A DNA stretch of 64,000 bases from Gemmatimonadota bacterium (GTDB lineage Bacteria; Gemmatimonadota; Gemmatimonadetes; Palauibacterales; Palauibacteraceae): positions 2,279-66,278 of the forward strand of contig JBDGYE010000009.1 of assembly GCA_039584255.1 (NCBI GenBank), written 5' to 3'. The position numbers and the translations under genes were made by a program. The notes under the pieces were generated by a model that worked only from the letters and a program-made list of their open reading frames with translations, was not told the origin of the DNA and did no database searches. Of the stretch, positions 37,901 through 46,862 are shown in pieces (position 1 is the stretch's first letter; every line of letters starts with the position of its first letter).

Positions 37901-40900
37901 CGACATCGGCACGCTGTCCGAGGACGCATTCGTGGCCGACTCCGTGGGTATCCCGGCCGGGCTGGGAGAACTGGACCAGGAGGCCGACCCTCTCGTCGGG
38001 GTGTGGGGGAACCAGGACGACACGGGGCTGTGGGGCACGGGGTGCGTCACTGAGCCGACGGCCACCGCGTGGCCGCTCGGCGATGAGCGCGCTAACTGTA
38101 CGAACAACAACGGCTTCGAGGACACGGAGGATCTCAACCGGGACAACTTCCTCGGCACGGACGAGCGCTTCTTCCGCTACATCGTCCCGCTGAACGTCCC
38201 GTCCAGATACCTGAACCGGCCCACCGGGGGCGAGTTCCGGTTCAACCTGTACCGCGTGCCGCTCCGGCTACCGGACCACCAGGAAAACTCGACCGGACAG
38301 GACCAGCAGAACGTGAAGCACGTGCGGATCACCCTCACCTCCGCCAGCGGCACGCGGGTCCTGCTGAGCCGCATGCAGCTCGCCGACAGCAGGTGGCTCA
38401 AGCGGGCCGGTACCGGGAGCGTGACAGGGACCATCGGCGAGATTCCAGGGACCGCGGCGCAGGTAGGGGTCGGGCCGATCTCTACCGTGGACGCCGGCTA
38501 CGTATCACCGCCCGGACTGCGTGATCTGGAAGCGGACAAGACGGACGAACTGCGCCTGGGAACGCAGACGATCAACGAGCAGTCCCTCAGGATCAACTTC
38601 AGCGACATACCGGCGGGCGAGAGAATCGAGGTGTTCCGCAAGTTCACGGACCGGCCGCGGGATTTCCTTCCGTACCGGAGAATGCGCGCGTGGACGATGC
38701 CGCTCGAGGGCGAGTGGGGCCCCTCCGGCGCGATCAGGTTCTACATAAGGCTCGGATTCGACGCCAACAACTTCTACCTGTACCGGACACCGCTTCCTCC
38801 GGCCACCGGGCCGACACCCACGACGGACGACTGGCTGCCGGAGGATTTCGTAGACTTCCAGCGGCTGATAGACCTGCGGACCGAAGCCGAACGGCGGATC
38901 ATCGAAGCCGGGTCGAACCTGCCGGGGGACACGACGTTCGTGCTATGGGACGTGGACGTCTTGGCCGACGGCGACAGCACTCTCGCCCTCGTGATCAACG
39001 ACCGCTCGCGCGCTCCGAACCTGGCCGCGATCCGGGAGCTGGTTCTCGGCATCGAGAACGTGGGGGCGACACCGGTAGGTCCCGGGGAGCTGTGGGTTGG
39101 AGACCTGCGGCTCGATCAGGCTTCGGATGACTTCGGGGTGGCGGGGGTCGCGGATCTGGCCATCGGTTTCGCGGACGTGCTGACCCTCCAGGGGGCGTAT
39201 GCATCCCGAAACCCGTTCTTCCGGCAGCTCGGAGGGACGCCCAGCTTCCAGGCCGGCTGGGATCTGACGAGCCGGGCCCGGCTGCAGCTGGGCAAATTCT
39301 TTCCCGCCCGGTGGGGACTGCTGGTTCCAATCGACTATCAGCATGACCGGGCCTCGGACAGCCCGTTCTTCCTGCCACAGACGGACGTCATGGCCGAGGG
39401 AATTCCCGACCTCAGGACGGCAGGCAACAGGCTGACGCGCTGGAGCGTGGCCATCTCCAAGACTGCCGACTCCGGCAGTCCGATTCTCCGAAGTACGATC
39501 GACGGCATGCGCTTCTCCTATTCGCACAGCAGCACGACCACGACCGCGACACAGACGGAAAACGAGGGCTCGGGCTGGCAGAGTACCCTTACTTGGTCAC
39601 GCCCGGTGGTGGACAAGTCGTTTGCCCTCATCCCGGGTTTCATCGGGAAGGGCATCGACGCGCTGCCCGACTTTCTTTCGCAGAGCGTGCTTCTCACCAA
39701 CTTCAAGAACCTCCGCTTCCGGTGGACGCCGAGGCAGCTGAGCCTCGGGGGAGGGCTCGATAAGTCCAGGAGCGAGCGCCGCCGGTTCGAGACCAGCGTT
39801 CGCCGTACGGAGGACAGCGAGGTGAGTTCGACCGTCGACCTGCAGCATAACCTGGCGCCTGCCGGGGGGATAGAGGTGCAGCCGTTCCCGTCGCTCGTCT
39901 ACGGGCTGGACTTCAGGTCGGTTCGCGATCTGGTGGCACCGGAGCAACGGGTCACGGGTGAGGCGGCGCAGGATGCGCTCCAGCAGGAGAGCAGCACGTT
40001 CCTCGGCGCCGACGTGGGGTGGGAGACGAGCCGCACGGTCACATCTCGGCTCACTTGGCAGCCGGAGCTCTCCAGCTGGTTCGATGGGACGCTGAGCATC
40101 TCGACGGCCTACCGGAGCATTCGGAACGCTTCCTACGTCCAGGACCTCGAGGGGGACACGACCCTGGTGCGGGACATGACCCTGAACCGGGACATCGCCA
40201 TCGGGCTCGACGTCGAGCCCGTCGACCTGCTGACCGCCTTTGGAGCGCCCGACGCGCTCGATGCCACAGGATTCATGGCCGGCCTTCGCCAGGTGTGGGA
40301 TCGCCTCCGTCCGGTCCGGTTCGACTGGAGCCGCGGGGTCAACTCCACCTACGACCGCAGGCCACTGGATCCCGGGCTGTCGCAGTACCTGGTGCTGGAC
40401 AATTTCTGGGAGATGCGATTCCAGGGCGGGGAAGCCGCTTCCGCCGCCGGCGACAACGAGGCTTTTTCCGTGGGCGGCGGCTACCGGTTTCCCATGAACC
40501 TGACGGCGGGCCTCGACTACAGCCTGCGCGAGACGACTACGTTCACTTCCCTGGCCAAGCGCGGAAGCCGCATCAGGGAGTGGCCCGTTCTCCGAGTCAC
40601 CTGGCGAAGAATCCCCCTTCCGTCCGCGGTGACCGGCGCTCTTCGCGACATGAGCCTCAACCTGGGGTGGCGGGAGCAGGAACGGACCACCCGGACGCAG
40701 ACCGGCCAGGACCAGGGGAACGAACAAACCGTTCGGTCGATCGGGGTTGTGCTCGTCTTCACGAACGGCTTCAATCTGAGCTACGACTACGACAACACCA
40801 GGACCGAGCGAATCGACGCCACCGGGTTCAGCGAGTCGACCCGCGGCTCCCATACCGTGCGCGGCACGGGAACCGTGCCTGCCCCGTCGGCCCTTTCCTT

Positions 40901-41213
40901 CCTGACACAGCCGCTGCGCATCTCCGCCGACTACTCGCGCAACGGAAACCTCGACTGCCGCGAGATCGGCGGCTCCGGCTTCGGGAGCGATCCGCTGTCT
41001 CCGCTCGGCGCGGACTGCACGGCCCACGTCGACCAGACTACCCAGAACGCCACTCTAACGGTGGACACCGACTTCACTGGCTACAGCCTGGGGATCCAGT
41101 TCCTGTGGGTCCGGCGCGAGAGCGGCGTCGGCCGTCGGCAGACGTCGAACCAGTACAACTTCAACCTCATCGGACGGTTCTTCTTTCGCAGCGACGAGGG
41201 TCGGCCGAACTAG
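34968..41213 (+). CDS. sprA: giant outer-membrane protein, SprA-like (type IX secretion translocon family)
   Basis: About 2081 aa from ATG 34968, with signal peptide LGLLWLAALLSSHAALRAQD. The N-terminal region ILEFVELGQVTLPLPRSRFISRGVPAGNFGIRGDARFGPFTMRGVLANQDG...QFFFIV resembles the SprA_N motif as I remember it (EAGNVSMPL...SLFG...QFG). Beta-strand-rich alternating sequence runs to an aromatic C-terminus (YNFNLIGRFFF). The family call is from memory and has not been searched. Confidence 0.6.
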   Translation: MVSTSCRLAPHVARTRTALGLLWLAALLSSHAALRAQDVDPPIAPDSAAPPPDTAGVTSAADSAAVADTFLSVVRSLDLGMSRVPLPWETELRVAERFERQPWDQPGLSAADWSVRKEERRRATLAARRDTLWWSSLALEKLPPGFDVRRFLRATEAPAEPDSVLQRMARERRIEILPDALERYADLLLHVDGNGQITSRWENFEPCTINIGQACNSGAVPTIAPEFQIRAIAQGTISERVHVNVDFDQTREFNATNDLNVFYRGKADEILEFVELGQVTLPLPRSRFISRGVPAGNFGIRGDARFGPFTMRGVLANQDGNVLDRTVTLDVGGTEQGVLQDLETILDDATYQTGQFFFIVDPRELGGYPVIDVLNLQGGEVGDTLRPTSAIKLYRHEVTVGQQPVNVESGVIQARAVALRPENADPTLPDSAQFQGFFRPLVEGEDYIVHRSGLWAAIRSRVQRDEALAVTYVAQSGDTVGDFNAEEIFRQLTNTGQGELPRLILLKDAETHRPGGVTWEREMHQIYRISSSDDVESGSIELVISQGPVESGPVVRSFQGEEYTFLEIFGVDDQPRDDLVDVARIWRPSVAGEFAGSSVLSGSYLVFPALEPFKDPPPIKSDRVPALEGQPFPLTDGDRNFSIYDEPIDQTRLTSFRYRLNFNYRARSTGLQNSFSLGAIGIRRGSERVLLNGRELVFGEDYTVDYDIGQITLLRTADLLAGATDADLQVRFEQKPLFQVGSKSVLGLTGEYSLGRLGSVDLIGLFQKQGTVLNRPELGLEPSGISLGGAVANLDFGSSALDNFVNSLPGVNTDAESRIRFSGELTGSNPTTNRVGTTWVDDFEASGGLRLSLATRAWRHGSVVSRPDIDGTGDYLPEVPDVTNQLTTVWQSQWDDGTNILGSLLISQIDPQLNVLNPGTRENVLWITLSDPPATGENGWFTLTNVLSQSGIDLTTTEFLEFYASTLDDTDESIALIIDIGTLSEDAFVADSVGIPAGLGELDQEADPLVGVWGNQDDTGLWGTGCVTEPTATAWPLGDERANCTNNNGFEDTEDLNRDNFLGTDERFFRYIVPLNVPSRYLNRPTGGEFRFNLYRVPLRLPDHQENSTGQDQQNVKHVRITLTSASGTRVLLSRMQLADSRWLKRAGTGSVTGTIGEIPGTAAQVGVGPISTVDAGYVSPPGLRDLEADKTDELRLGTQTINEQSLRINFSDIPAGERIEVFRKFTDRPRDFLPYRRMRAWTMPLEGEWGPSGAIRFYIRLGFDANNFYLYRTPLPPATGPTPTTDDWLPEDFVDFQRLIDLRTEAERRIIEAGSNLPGDTTFVLWDVDVLADGDSTLALVINDRSRAPNLAAIRELVLGIENVGATPVGPGELWVGDLRLDQASDDFGVAGVADLAIGFADVLTLQGAYASRNPFFRQLGGTPSFQAGWDLTSRARLQLGKFFPARWGLLVPIDYQHDRASDSPFFLPQTDVMAEGIPDLRTAGNRLTRWSVAISKTADSGSPILRSTIDGMRFSYSHSSTTTTATQTENEGSGWQSTLTWSRPVVDKSFALIPGFIGKGIDALPDFLSQSVLLTNFKNLRFRWTPRQLSLGGGLDKSRSERRRFETSVRRTEDSEVSSTVDLQHNLAPAGGIEVQPFPSLVYGLDFRSVRDLVAPEQRVTGEAAQDALQQESSTFLGADVGWETSRTVTSRLTWQPELSSWFDGTLSISTAYRSIRNASYVQDLEGDTTLVRDMTLNRDIAIGLDVEPVDLLTAFGAPDALDATGFMAGLRQVWDRLRPVRFDWSRGVNSTYDRRPLDPGLSQYLVLDNFWEMRFQGGEAASAAGDNEAFSVGGGYRFPMNLTAGLDYSLRETTTFTSLAKRGSRIREWPVLRVTWRRIPLPSAVTGALRDMSLNLGWREQERTTRTQTGQDQGNEQTVRSIGVVLVFTNGFNLSYDYDNTRTERIDATGFSESTRGSHTVRGTGTVPAPSALSFLTQPLRISADYSRNGNLDCREIGGSGFGSDPLSPLGADCTAHVDQTTQNATLTVDTDFTGYSLGIQFLWVRRESGVGRRQTSNQYNFNLIGRFFFRSDEGRPN

Positions 41214-41278
41214 ATCTCCGGCTCCCTGAGTTGAGACTGCCTTGAGATCTTCCGGCACACTCAAGGGGTGATGACGAG

Positions 41279-41926
41279 GTGCGGGTGCCGGAGTTCAATC
41301 GGGCCGAGCTGAGGGCCCTTCTGGTGGCCACGGCGTTGCTGGCCTTGGGAGTCACGGCTCGTCTCGGCTTGGGGCCTGGACCGGCCGCCTTTCACTGGGA
41401 GTCCGCGTCTCCGGCCGAGCGACAGACGAATGCCTCAGCGGTCCATTCCGCCGTTGTTCAGGGAATCGAGCTTGAAGAGACGGCCTCGAGGCCGCTGAAG
41501 GAAGGAGAGAGGCTGGATCCCAACGTGGCTCCGCCGGAGGAACTGCGGCGCCTTCCCGGGATCGGACCTGCGCGAGCCGCGGCGATTGTCCAGGACCGGC
41601 TTCTCAACGGACCCTACCGTACCCTTTCCGACCTTGCGCGTGTGCCAGGAATCGGTCCGGCTAGCACCGAGAGACTGGCTCCGCATCTCTACCTACCGGG
41701 TCCGCGCGCGCTTTCCCTTCCAACTGCCCGGCTGACCGTCGACGTGAATCGGGCACAAATCAACGATTTGGAGCAAATCACGGGAATCGGGCCCGCCCTC
41801 GCTCGACGGATAGTGGACACGCGAAACAGGATAGGCGGTTTCCGGAGCGTCGACGACTTGCTGGAGGTACCGGGTATAGGACCACGAAACCTGCAAAGAA
41901 TCCGCAGTCAGGTACGGGTTCGTTAG
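41279..41926 (+). CDS. comEA: ComEA-like DNA-binding protein with two helix-hairpin-helix modules
   Basis: N-terminal anchor (LLVATALLALGV) followed by two ComEA-type units: LDPNVAPPEELRRLPGIGPARAAAIV...LARVPGIGPAS and VDVNRAQINDLEQITGIGPALARRIV...LLEVPGIGPRNL. Confidence 0.8.
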   Translation: MRVPEFNRAELRALLVATALLALGVTARLGLGPGPAAFHWESASPAERQTNASAVHSAVVQGIELEETASRPLKEGERLDPNVAPPEELRRLPGIGPARAAAIVQDRLLNGPYRTLSDLARVPGIGPASTERLAPHLYLPGPRALSLPTARLTVDVNRAQINDLEQITGIGPALARRIVDTRNRIGGFRSVDDLLEVPGIGPRNLQRIRSQVRVR

Positions 41927-42129
41927 CCCCTCTGCACCTAGTTTTCCGCCGGGAGCGCAGCCCTTCCACCCATTTTCGGGGGTGTGGCACGCGGCCCACA
42001 CCGGGCACGCTCTTTGCGCACCCTCGCTCGCCGCGGGCCGGTGTGAAGGCCCCTCGGGGGCGTCAATCGAACCGCGTTCCGGCGGCGCAACGGCCGCTCG
42101 GAAAGGGCCGATCACGGCGGACTACAGAT

Positions 42130-43842
42130 ATGGCATCCACTTCGCTCGAACAGGAACAGATCGGCGAGCTTCTCCTGCGCGAGAACCTGATCACGCGGGA
42201 CCAACTGGAGCACGCCCTCAAGGAGCAGCGGCAGACCGGAACCCGGCTGGGATTCGCCCTGGTTTCTGCCGGCGCCGTCAGCGAGAATGAGCTGACGCGG
42301 CTGCTGTCGCGTCAGTATCGTGTCCCTGCCGTGGATCTCGCCGAGGTGGAAGTCGATCCAAAGATCCTGAAGCTGGTTCCCGCCGACTTCTCCAGCAAGC
42401 ACCTGGTTCTTCCTCTGCGACGCGTCGGGCGCACTCTCACGGTAGCCATGGCGAGCCCCACCGACCTCAGCGTCATCGACGACCTGAAGTTCATCACGCG
42501 CTTCGACATCGACGCCGTGGTGGCCGGCGAGTACTCGCTCCGGAACGCGATCGACAGATACTACGACGTCAGCAACGACCGTCTTGGCGAGCTTCTCGAG
42601 GAGCTGGAGGAGCAGGAAGTCGAGGTCGTGGAGGAGGAGGAAGAGATTTTCTCCACGACCCAGCTGCAGGCACAGGTAGAGGAAGCGCCGGTCGTTCGGC
42701 TGATCAACGGCTTTCTGACCGACGCGGTTCGCCGCGGAGCCTCAGACATCCACATCGAGCCCTACGAGCGGGAGATGCGAGTACGCTACCGCATCGATGG
42801 CGCCCTTCAGGAGATCATGAAGCCTCCGCTGCGCATGAAGGCGGCGCTCATTTCCCGTGTGAAGATCCTCGCCGACCTCAACATCGCCGAGCGGAGGGTT
42901 CCCCAGGACGGCCGTATCAAGCTGAAGATAGGCGAACGGGTCATCGACTTCCGTGTCTCGACCCTACCGGTGTTGTTCGGTGAGAAGATCGTTCTCCGCA
43001 TCCTCGACAGAGGCAATCTCGCCCTCGACCTCGAAGAGTTCGGGATGGAGCCGAAGGCCGAGGAGGACTTCATCGGCGCGATCTCGAAGCCGTACGGGAT
43101 GGTCCTCGTCACGGGTCCTACCGGTTCCGGTAAGACGACGACGCTGTACAGCGCCCTGAGCCGCATCAACAAGGGCGAGGTCAACATCATGACGGCCGAG
43201 GACCCGGTGGAGTACAACCTGCAAGGGATCAATCAGGTTCAGGTGCGTCCCGAGATCGGGATGAGCTTCGCGGCCGGCCTCAGGGCGTTTCTGAGGCAGG
43301 ACCCGAACATCATCATGGTCGGTGAGATCAGGGATCTCGAGACGGGGGGGATCGCCGTGAAGGCCTCCCTCACAGGCCATCTCGTGCTGTCGACTCTCCA
43401 CACCAATGACGCCGCCTCGACGGTCACACGAATGATCGACATGGGGATCGAGACCTTCAACGTGGCCTCCGCGGTCAATCTGATCACCGCCCAGCGGCTG
43501 GTCCGACGGATCTGCAACAACTGCAAGACAGAGGCGACATACGTGCCGGAAGTGCTTCGGGCCGCAGGCCTCGAGGAGGCCCAGATGGGGAGTATGACCT
43601 TTTACAAGGGAGAGGGCTGCGAGTCGTGCGCCGGCTCGGGCTACGCAGGGCGCCAGGGACTCTACGAGGTGATGCCCATGACTCCGACCCTGCGCCGCAT
43701 GGTACTCCAGGGAGCATCGGGCGCCGAGCTCCAGCAGCAGGCCGTGGCCGAGGGAATGATCACCCTCCGGCAGGACGGCCTGCTGAAGGTACAGCGAGGG
43801 GTGACGACGCTCGACGAGGTTCTAAAGGAGACGGCGCTCTGA
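42130..43842 (+). CDS. pilB: type IV pilus assembly ATPase PilB (GspE family)
   Basis: N-terminal GSPII_E_N-like domain (LITRDQLEHALKEQ), Walker A GPTGSGKTTTLYS, Asp/His boxes, and the tetracysteine motif CNNC...CESC. ATG 42130 is preferred over the longer ORF. Confidence 0.9.
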   Translation: MASTSLEQEQIGELLLRENLITRDQLEHALKEQRQTGTRLGFALVSAGAVSENELTRLLSRQYRVPAVDLAEVEVDPKILKLVPADFSSKHLVLPLRRVGRTLTVAMASPTDLSVIDDLKFITRFDIDAVVAGEYSLRNAIDRYYDVSNDRLGELLEELEEQEVEVVEEEEEIFSTTQLQAQVEEAPVVRLINGFLTDAVRRGASDIHIEPYEREMRVRYRIDGALQEIMKPPLRMKAALISRVKILADLNIAERRVPQDGRIKLKIGERVIDFRVSTLPVLFGEKIVLRILDRGNLALDLEEFGMEPKAEEDFIGAISKPYGMVLVTGPTGSGKTTTLYSALSRINKGEVNIMTAEDPVEYNLQGINQVQVRPEIGMSFAAGLRAFLRQDPNIIMVGEIRDLETGGIAVKASLTGHLVLSTLHTNDAASTVTRMIDMGIETFNVASAVNLITAQRLVRRICNNCKTEATYVPEVLRAAGLEEAQMGSMTFYKGEGCESCAGSGYAGRQGLYEVMPMTPTLRRMVLQGASGAELQQQAVAEGMITLRQDGLLKVQRGVTTLDEVLKETAL

Positions 43843-43900
43843 GTCGGCCGAATGGGCGACCACGGCGCAGCCACGGACAACAGACGAGAGCGATAGCGCC

Positions 43901-44998
43901 ATGAACGACGCGGCACCGATGAACCTGCGCAACCTGCTCGAGGAGATGATCGAGAGGGGCGCGTCGGACCTGCACCTCTCGGCTGGTGAGGTCCCGAAGC
44001 TACGCATCGACGGGCGGTTGACGGGCGGTAGCCATGTCACCGCTCTGACGCCGAGGGACACGCAGTCACTGGCCTACTCGGTGCTGACCGAGCAGCAGAA
44101 GAAGCGCTTCGAGCAGGAGGACGAGCTCGACCTCTCGTTCGCCGTCCAGAACCTCGCCCGGTTCCGGGGCAACGTGTTCAGGCAGCGAGGGACCGTCGCG
44201 ATGGCGATCCGGCAGATCCCCTTCGACATCCTCACGTTTCAGGAGTTGGGCCTGCCTCCCGTGATCGCGACGATGGCGGAGCGGCCTCGGGGGCTTTTAC
44301 TCGTCACGGGCCCCACCGGCTGCGGCAAGTCGACGACGCTGGCGGCCATGATCGACAAGATCAACACAGAGCGTGACGGTCACATCGTCACGGTGGAGGA
44401 CCCCATCGAGTTCGTGCACCGCCACAAGAACTGCCTCGTCAACCAGCGCGAGGTGGGAAGCGACACCGATTCCTTCGGAGCGGCGCTGAAGTACGTGCTG
44501 CGTCAGGACCCGGACGTGATCCTGATCGGCGAGATGCGCGACCTGGAGACGGTCCAGGCCGCGATTACCATCGCGGAGACCGGCCACCTCGCTCTGGCCA
44601 CACTGCACACGAACTCCGCGGCCGAGTCCATCAACCGGATCATCGACGTCTTTCCAGCTCACCAGCAGGATCAGGTTCGGGCACAGCTCTCGTTCGTCCT
44701 CGAGGGAGTGTTGACCCAGACCCTGATTCCGCGGAGGCTCGGAGGGCGCATCGTCGCCTGCGAGATAATGATCGCCACGCCCGCCATTCGCGCCATGATC
44801 CGCGACGACAAGGTGCACCAGATCTACTCCGCCCTCCAGGCCGGGAAGAAATACGGAATGCAGACCCTCAACGACGCCCTGTACTCGCTCTACATGCGCG
44901 ACGAGGTCGCCATGGAAGAGATCATGAGGCTAAGCCCGGATCCGACGGAGCTCAAACGCATGCTCGGCGAGCCCGAGCACGCGGCGGCCGTCGGGTGA
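43901..44998 (+). CDS. pilT: twitching motility ATPase PilT
   Basis: GASDLHLSAG, Walker A GPTGCGKSTT, GEMRDLET, and the AIRAMIRDDKVHQI PilT signature. Confidence 0.9.
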   Translation: MNDAAPMNLRNLLEEMIERGASDLHLSAGEVPKLRIDGRLTGGSHVTALTPRDTQSLAYSVLTEQQKKRFEQEDELDLSFAVQNLARFRGNVFRQRGTVAMAIRQIPFDILTFQELGLPPVIATMAERPRGLLLVTGPTGCGKSTTLAAMIDKINTERDGHIVTVEDPIEFVHRHKNCLVNQREVGSDTDSFGAALKYVLRQDPDVILIGEMRDLETVQAAITIAETGHLALATLHTNSAAESINRIIDVFPAHQQDQVRAQLSFVLEGVLTQTLIPRRLGGRIVACEIMIATPAIRAMIRDDKVHQIYSALQAGKKYGMQTLNDALYSLYMRDEVAMEEIMRLSPDPTELKRMLGEPEHAAAVG

Positions 44999-45049
44999 GC
45001 CAGGAGTCGAGCCGGTCCTGAACAGGCGACGAGGGGAGAGTGACAGACT

Positions 45050-46249
45050 ATGCCAGTGTTCACATACAGCGCGCGAACCGTATCCGGTGAACTCCAGCGC
45101 GATGTAATCGACGTCCCCACGCAGGCGGATGTCGTCGCGTACCTGCGCAGCCAGAAGCTGATCCCGGTCTCCGTCCGAGAGAAACCCAAATCGGTAACGC
45201 TCTCGTTCGGGAATCGGGTGAAGACCCGGGACATTGTGATCATGACGCGACAGTTCGCCACCATGATCAATGCGGGGCTTCCCCTCGTGCAGGCGCTGGA
45301 CATCCTGACGAAGCAGGCTGACAACAAGGTGCTGAAGGCCGCGATCCAGGATGTCCTGAGCGACGTCGAGTCGGGGAACACCCTCGCCGACGCCCTGCGA
45401 GAGCATCCAAAAGTCTTCACGCCCCTGTACGTGAACATGGTCGCGGCAGGTGAAACCGGTGGAATCCTGGACACGATTCTGCTCAGGCTGGCAACCTTCC
45501 TCGAGAAGAACGAGGCCCTGGCTCGGAAAGTCAAGGGGGCCATGATCTACCCTGCCGTAATCAGCGTGGTTGCGGCAATCGCCATCGTCGTACTGCTCCT
45601 GTTCGTCATTCCGACCTTCGAGTCGATGTTCGCAAGCTTCAACCAGACGCTGCCGCTTCCCACCCGGATCGTCATCGGCATGTCGGCGTTCCTCCAGGGA
45701 TACTGGTGGGCGCTGCTGGCCGGCTCATTCTTCGCGGTGTTCGGCTTCCGCCGTTGGACCGCGACGCCGAAAGGACGTCTGGCGTTCGACCGATTCCTGC
45801 TGCGCCTGCCCATTCTGGGCAACCTGGCACGCAAGTCAGCGGTTGCGCGCTTCACCCGTACCCTGGGGACCCTACTCAGCTCGGGAGTGACGATCCTGGA
45901 CGGTCTGGAGATCACGGCCCGCACGTCGGGGAACCGGGTGATCCACGATGCGGTCATGGCGAGCCGACACTCCATCGCCGGCGGTGAGTCCATTGCCGAG
46001 CCGCTCCGGAAGTCCGGTGTGTTTCCACCAATGGTTACGCAGATGATCAACGTCGGAGAGGAGACCGGGGACCTGGATGGCATGCTGTCGAAGGTCGCCG
46101 ACTTCTACGACGACGAAGTCGACGTGGCCGTTGAGGCGCTCCTCAAGGCGATGGAGCCCGCCATGATCGTGGTACTCGGGACCGTGGTCGGCGGCATGAT
46201 CGTGGCCATGTACCTGCCGATCTTCGGGGTGATCAACACGATTCAATAG
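45050..46249 (+). CDS. pilC: type IV pilus inner-membrane platform protein PilC (GspF family)
   Basis: Two GspF repeats (FTRQFATMINAGLPLVQAL / FTRTLGTLLSSGVTILDGL) and three TM segments. The product is 399 aa. Confidence 0.9.
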   Translation: MPVFTYSARTVSGELQRDVIDVPTQADVVAYLRSQKLIPVSVREKPKSVTLSFGNRVKTRDIVIMTRQFATMINAGLPLVQALDILTKQADNKVLKAAIQDVLSDVESGNTLADALREHPKVFTPLYVNMVAAGETGGILDTILLRLATFLEKNEALARKVKGAMIYPAVISVVAAIAIVVLLLFVIPTFESMFASFNQTLPLPTRIVIGMSAFLQGYWWALLAGSFFAVFGFRRWTATPKGRLAFDRFLLRLPILGNLARKSAVARFTRTLGTLLSSGVTILDGLEITARTSGNRVIHDAVMASRHSIAGGESIAEPLRKSGVFPPMVTQMINVGEETGDLDGMLSKVADFYDDEVDVAVEALLKAMEPAMIVVLGTVVGGMIVAMYLPIFGVINTIQ

Positions 46250-46293
46250 GCCGGTCAGCAGTTTGTGAGGACGGGGCGGCCTGGGAGCAGCTG

Positions 46294-46317
46294 GAGGGGC
46301 CCGCTTCGGCGGCCCTC
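46294..46317 (+). terminator. imperfect GC-rich hairpin with TTCG loop downstream of pilC (possible terminator)
   Basis: GAGGGGCCCGC-TTCG-GCGGCCCTC gives a stem with two bulges and a UUCG tetraloop. No U-tract follows, so the evidence is weak. Confidence 0.3.
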
Positions 46318-46448
46318 GTCATTCGGACCTCGGGATCTTCTGTGACCACGCTCCGGGCCGGCAGCGCACCTTTGCCCTTACCCTTAAATTGACAATATCA
46401 TGTGATTTTGTGGTCGGAGTCCGCCGACCTTCCACAACGGCGACGAGA

Positions 46449-46862
46449 GTGATCTCTAAGACAGAGGAATACGCGCTGCGGGCGGTGGTCTGTCTCGCCC
46501 GTCACCACCGGGCTGGCCCCGTGCGGACGGGAGATCTCGCCAGGGAGACCGGCATTCCCTCGAATTACCTGTCGAAGATCCTGCACCAGCTTGGGCGGCA
46601 CGAGGTAGTCGCCTCCGCGCGGGGGAGAAAGGGCGGCTTCAGGCTCGCTCGGGATCCCTCAGAGATCGCCCTCGCCGCGGTCATAGAGCCGTTCGGCTCC
46701 GTCACGGACCGTGAGAGGTGCGTTCTGGGACGTCCCGAGTGCTCCGACGTCAAACCCTGCGGGGCTCACGGCAGGTGGAAGCACGTGAAAGAGCAGATGC
46801 GTGAGTTCTTCGCCCACACCAGTGTGGGCGACGTGATGGAGCGTGGAGAGCGAGGCGACTGA
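46449..46862 (+). CDS. Rrf2-family transcriptional regulator with three-Cys (probable Fe-S) motif
   Basis: VISKTEEYALRAVVCLARHH...IPSNYLSKILHQL winged-helix N-terminus, with cysteines in CVLGRPECSDVKPC (Cx6Cx5C). The longest ORF starts at TTG 46389 inside an AT-rich element. GTG 46449 gives the canonical N-terminus. Confidence 0.75.
   Translation: MISKTEEYALRAVVCLARHHRAGPVRTGDLARETGIPSNYLSKILHQLGRHEVVASARGRKGGFRLARDPSEIALAAVIEPFGSVTDRERCVLGRPECSDVKPCGAHGRWKHVKEQMREFFAHTSVGDVMERGERGD

Noticed and set aside
39597-41027. 476-aa minus ORF and 408-aa alternate-frame plus ORF (40019..41245) inside the SprA-like gene
   Set aside because: Their Arg/Gly/Pro-rich translations overlap a continuous 6.2-kb frame that has protein-like composition, and neither has an independent signal.
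41240-41266. Hairpin CCTTGAG-N13-CTCAAGG after the SprA-like gene as a terminator
   Set aside because: It has only a 7-bp stem with a 13-nt loop and no U-tract, so it is too weak to call.
46389-46417. TTGACA at 46389-46394 as a sigma-70 -35 box for the Rrf2 gene
   Set aside because: There is no acceptable -10 hexamer at 16-18 nt spacing (the sequence there is GGTCGG), and the TG-containing TGTGATTTT is only 8 nt away.
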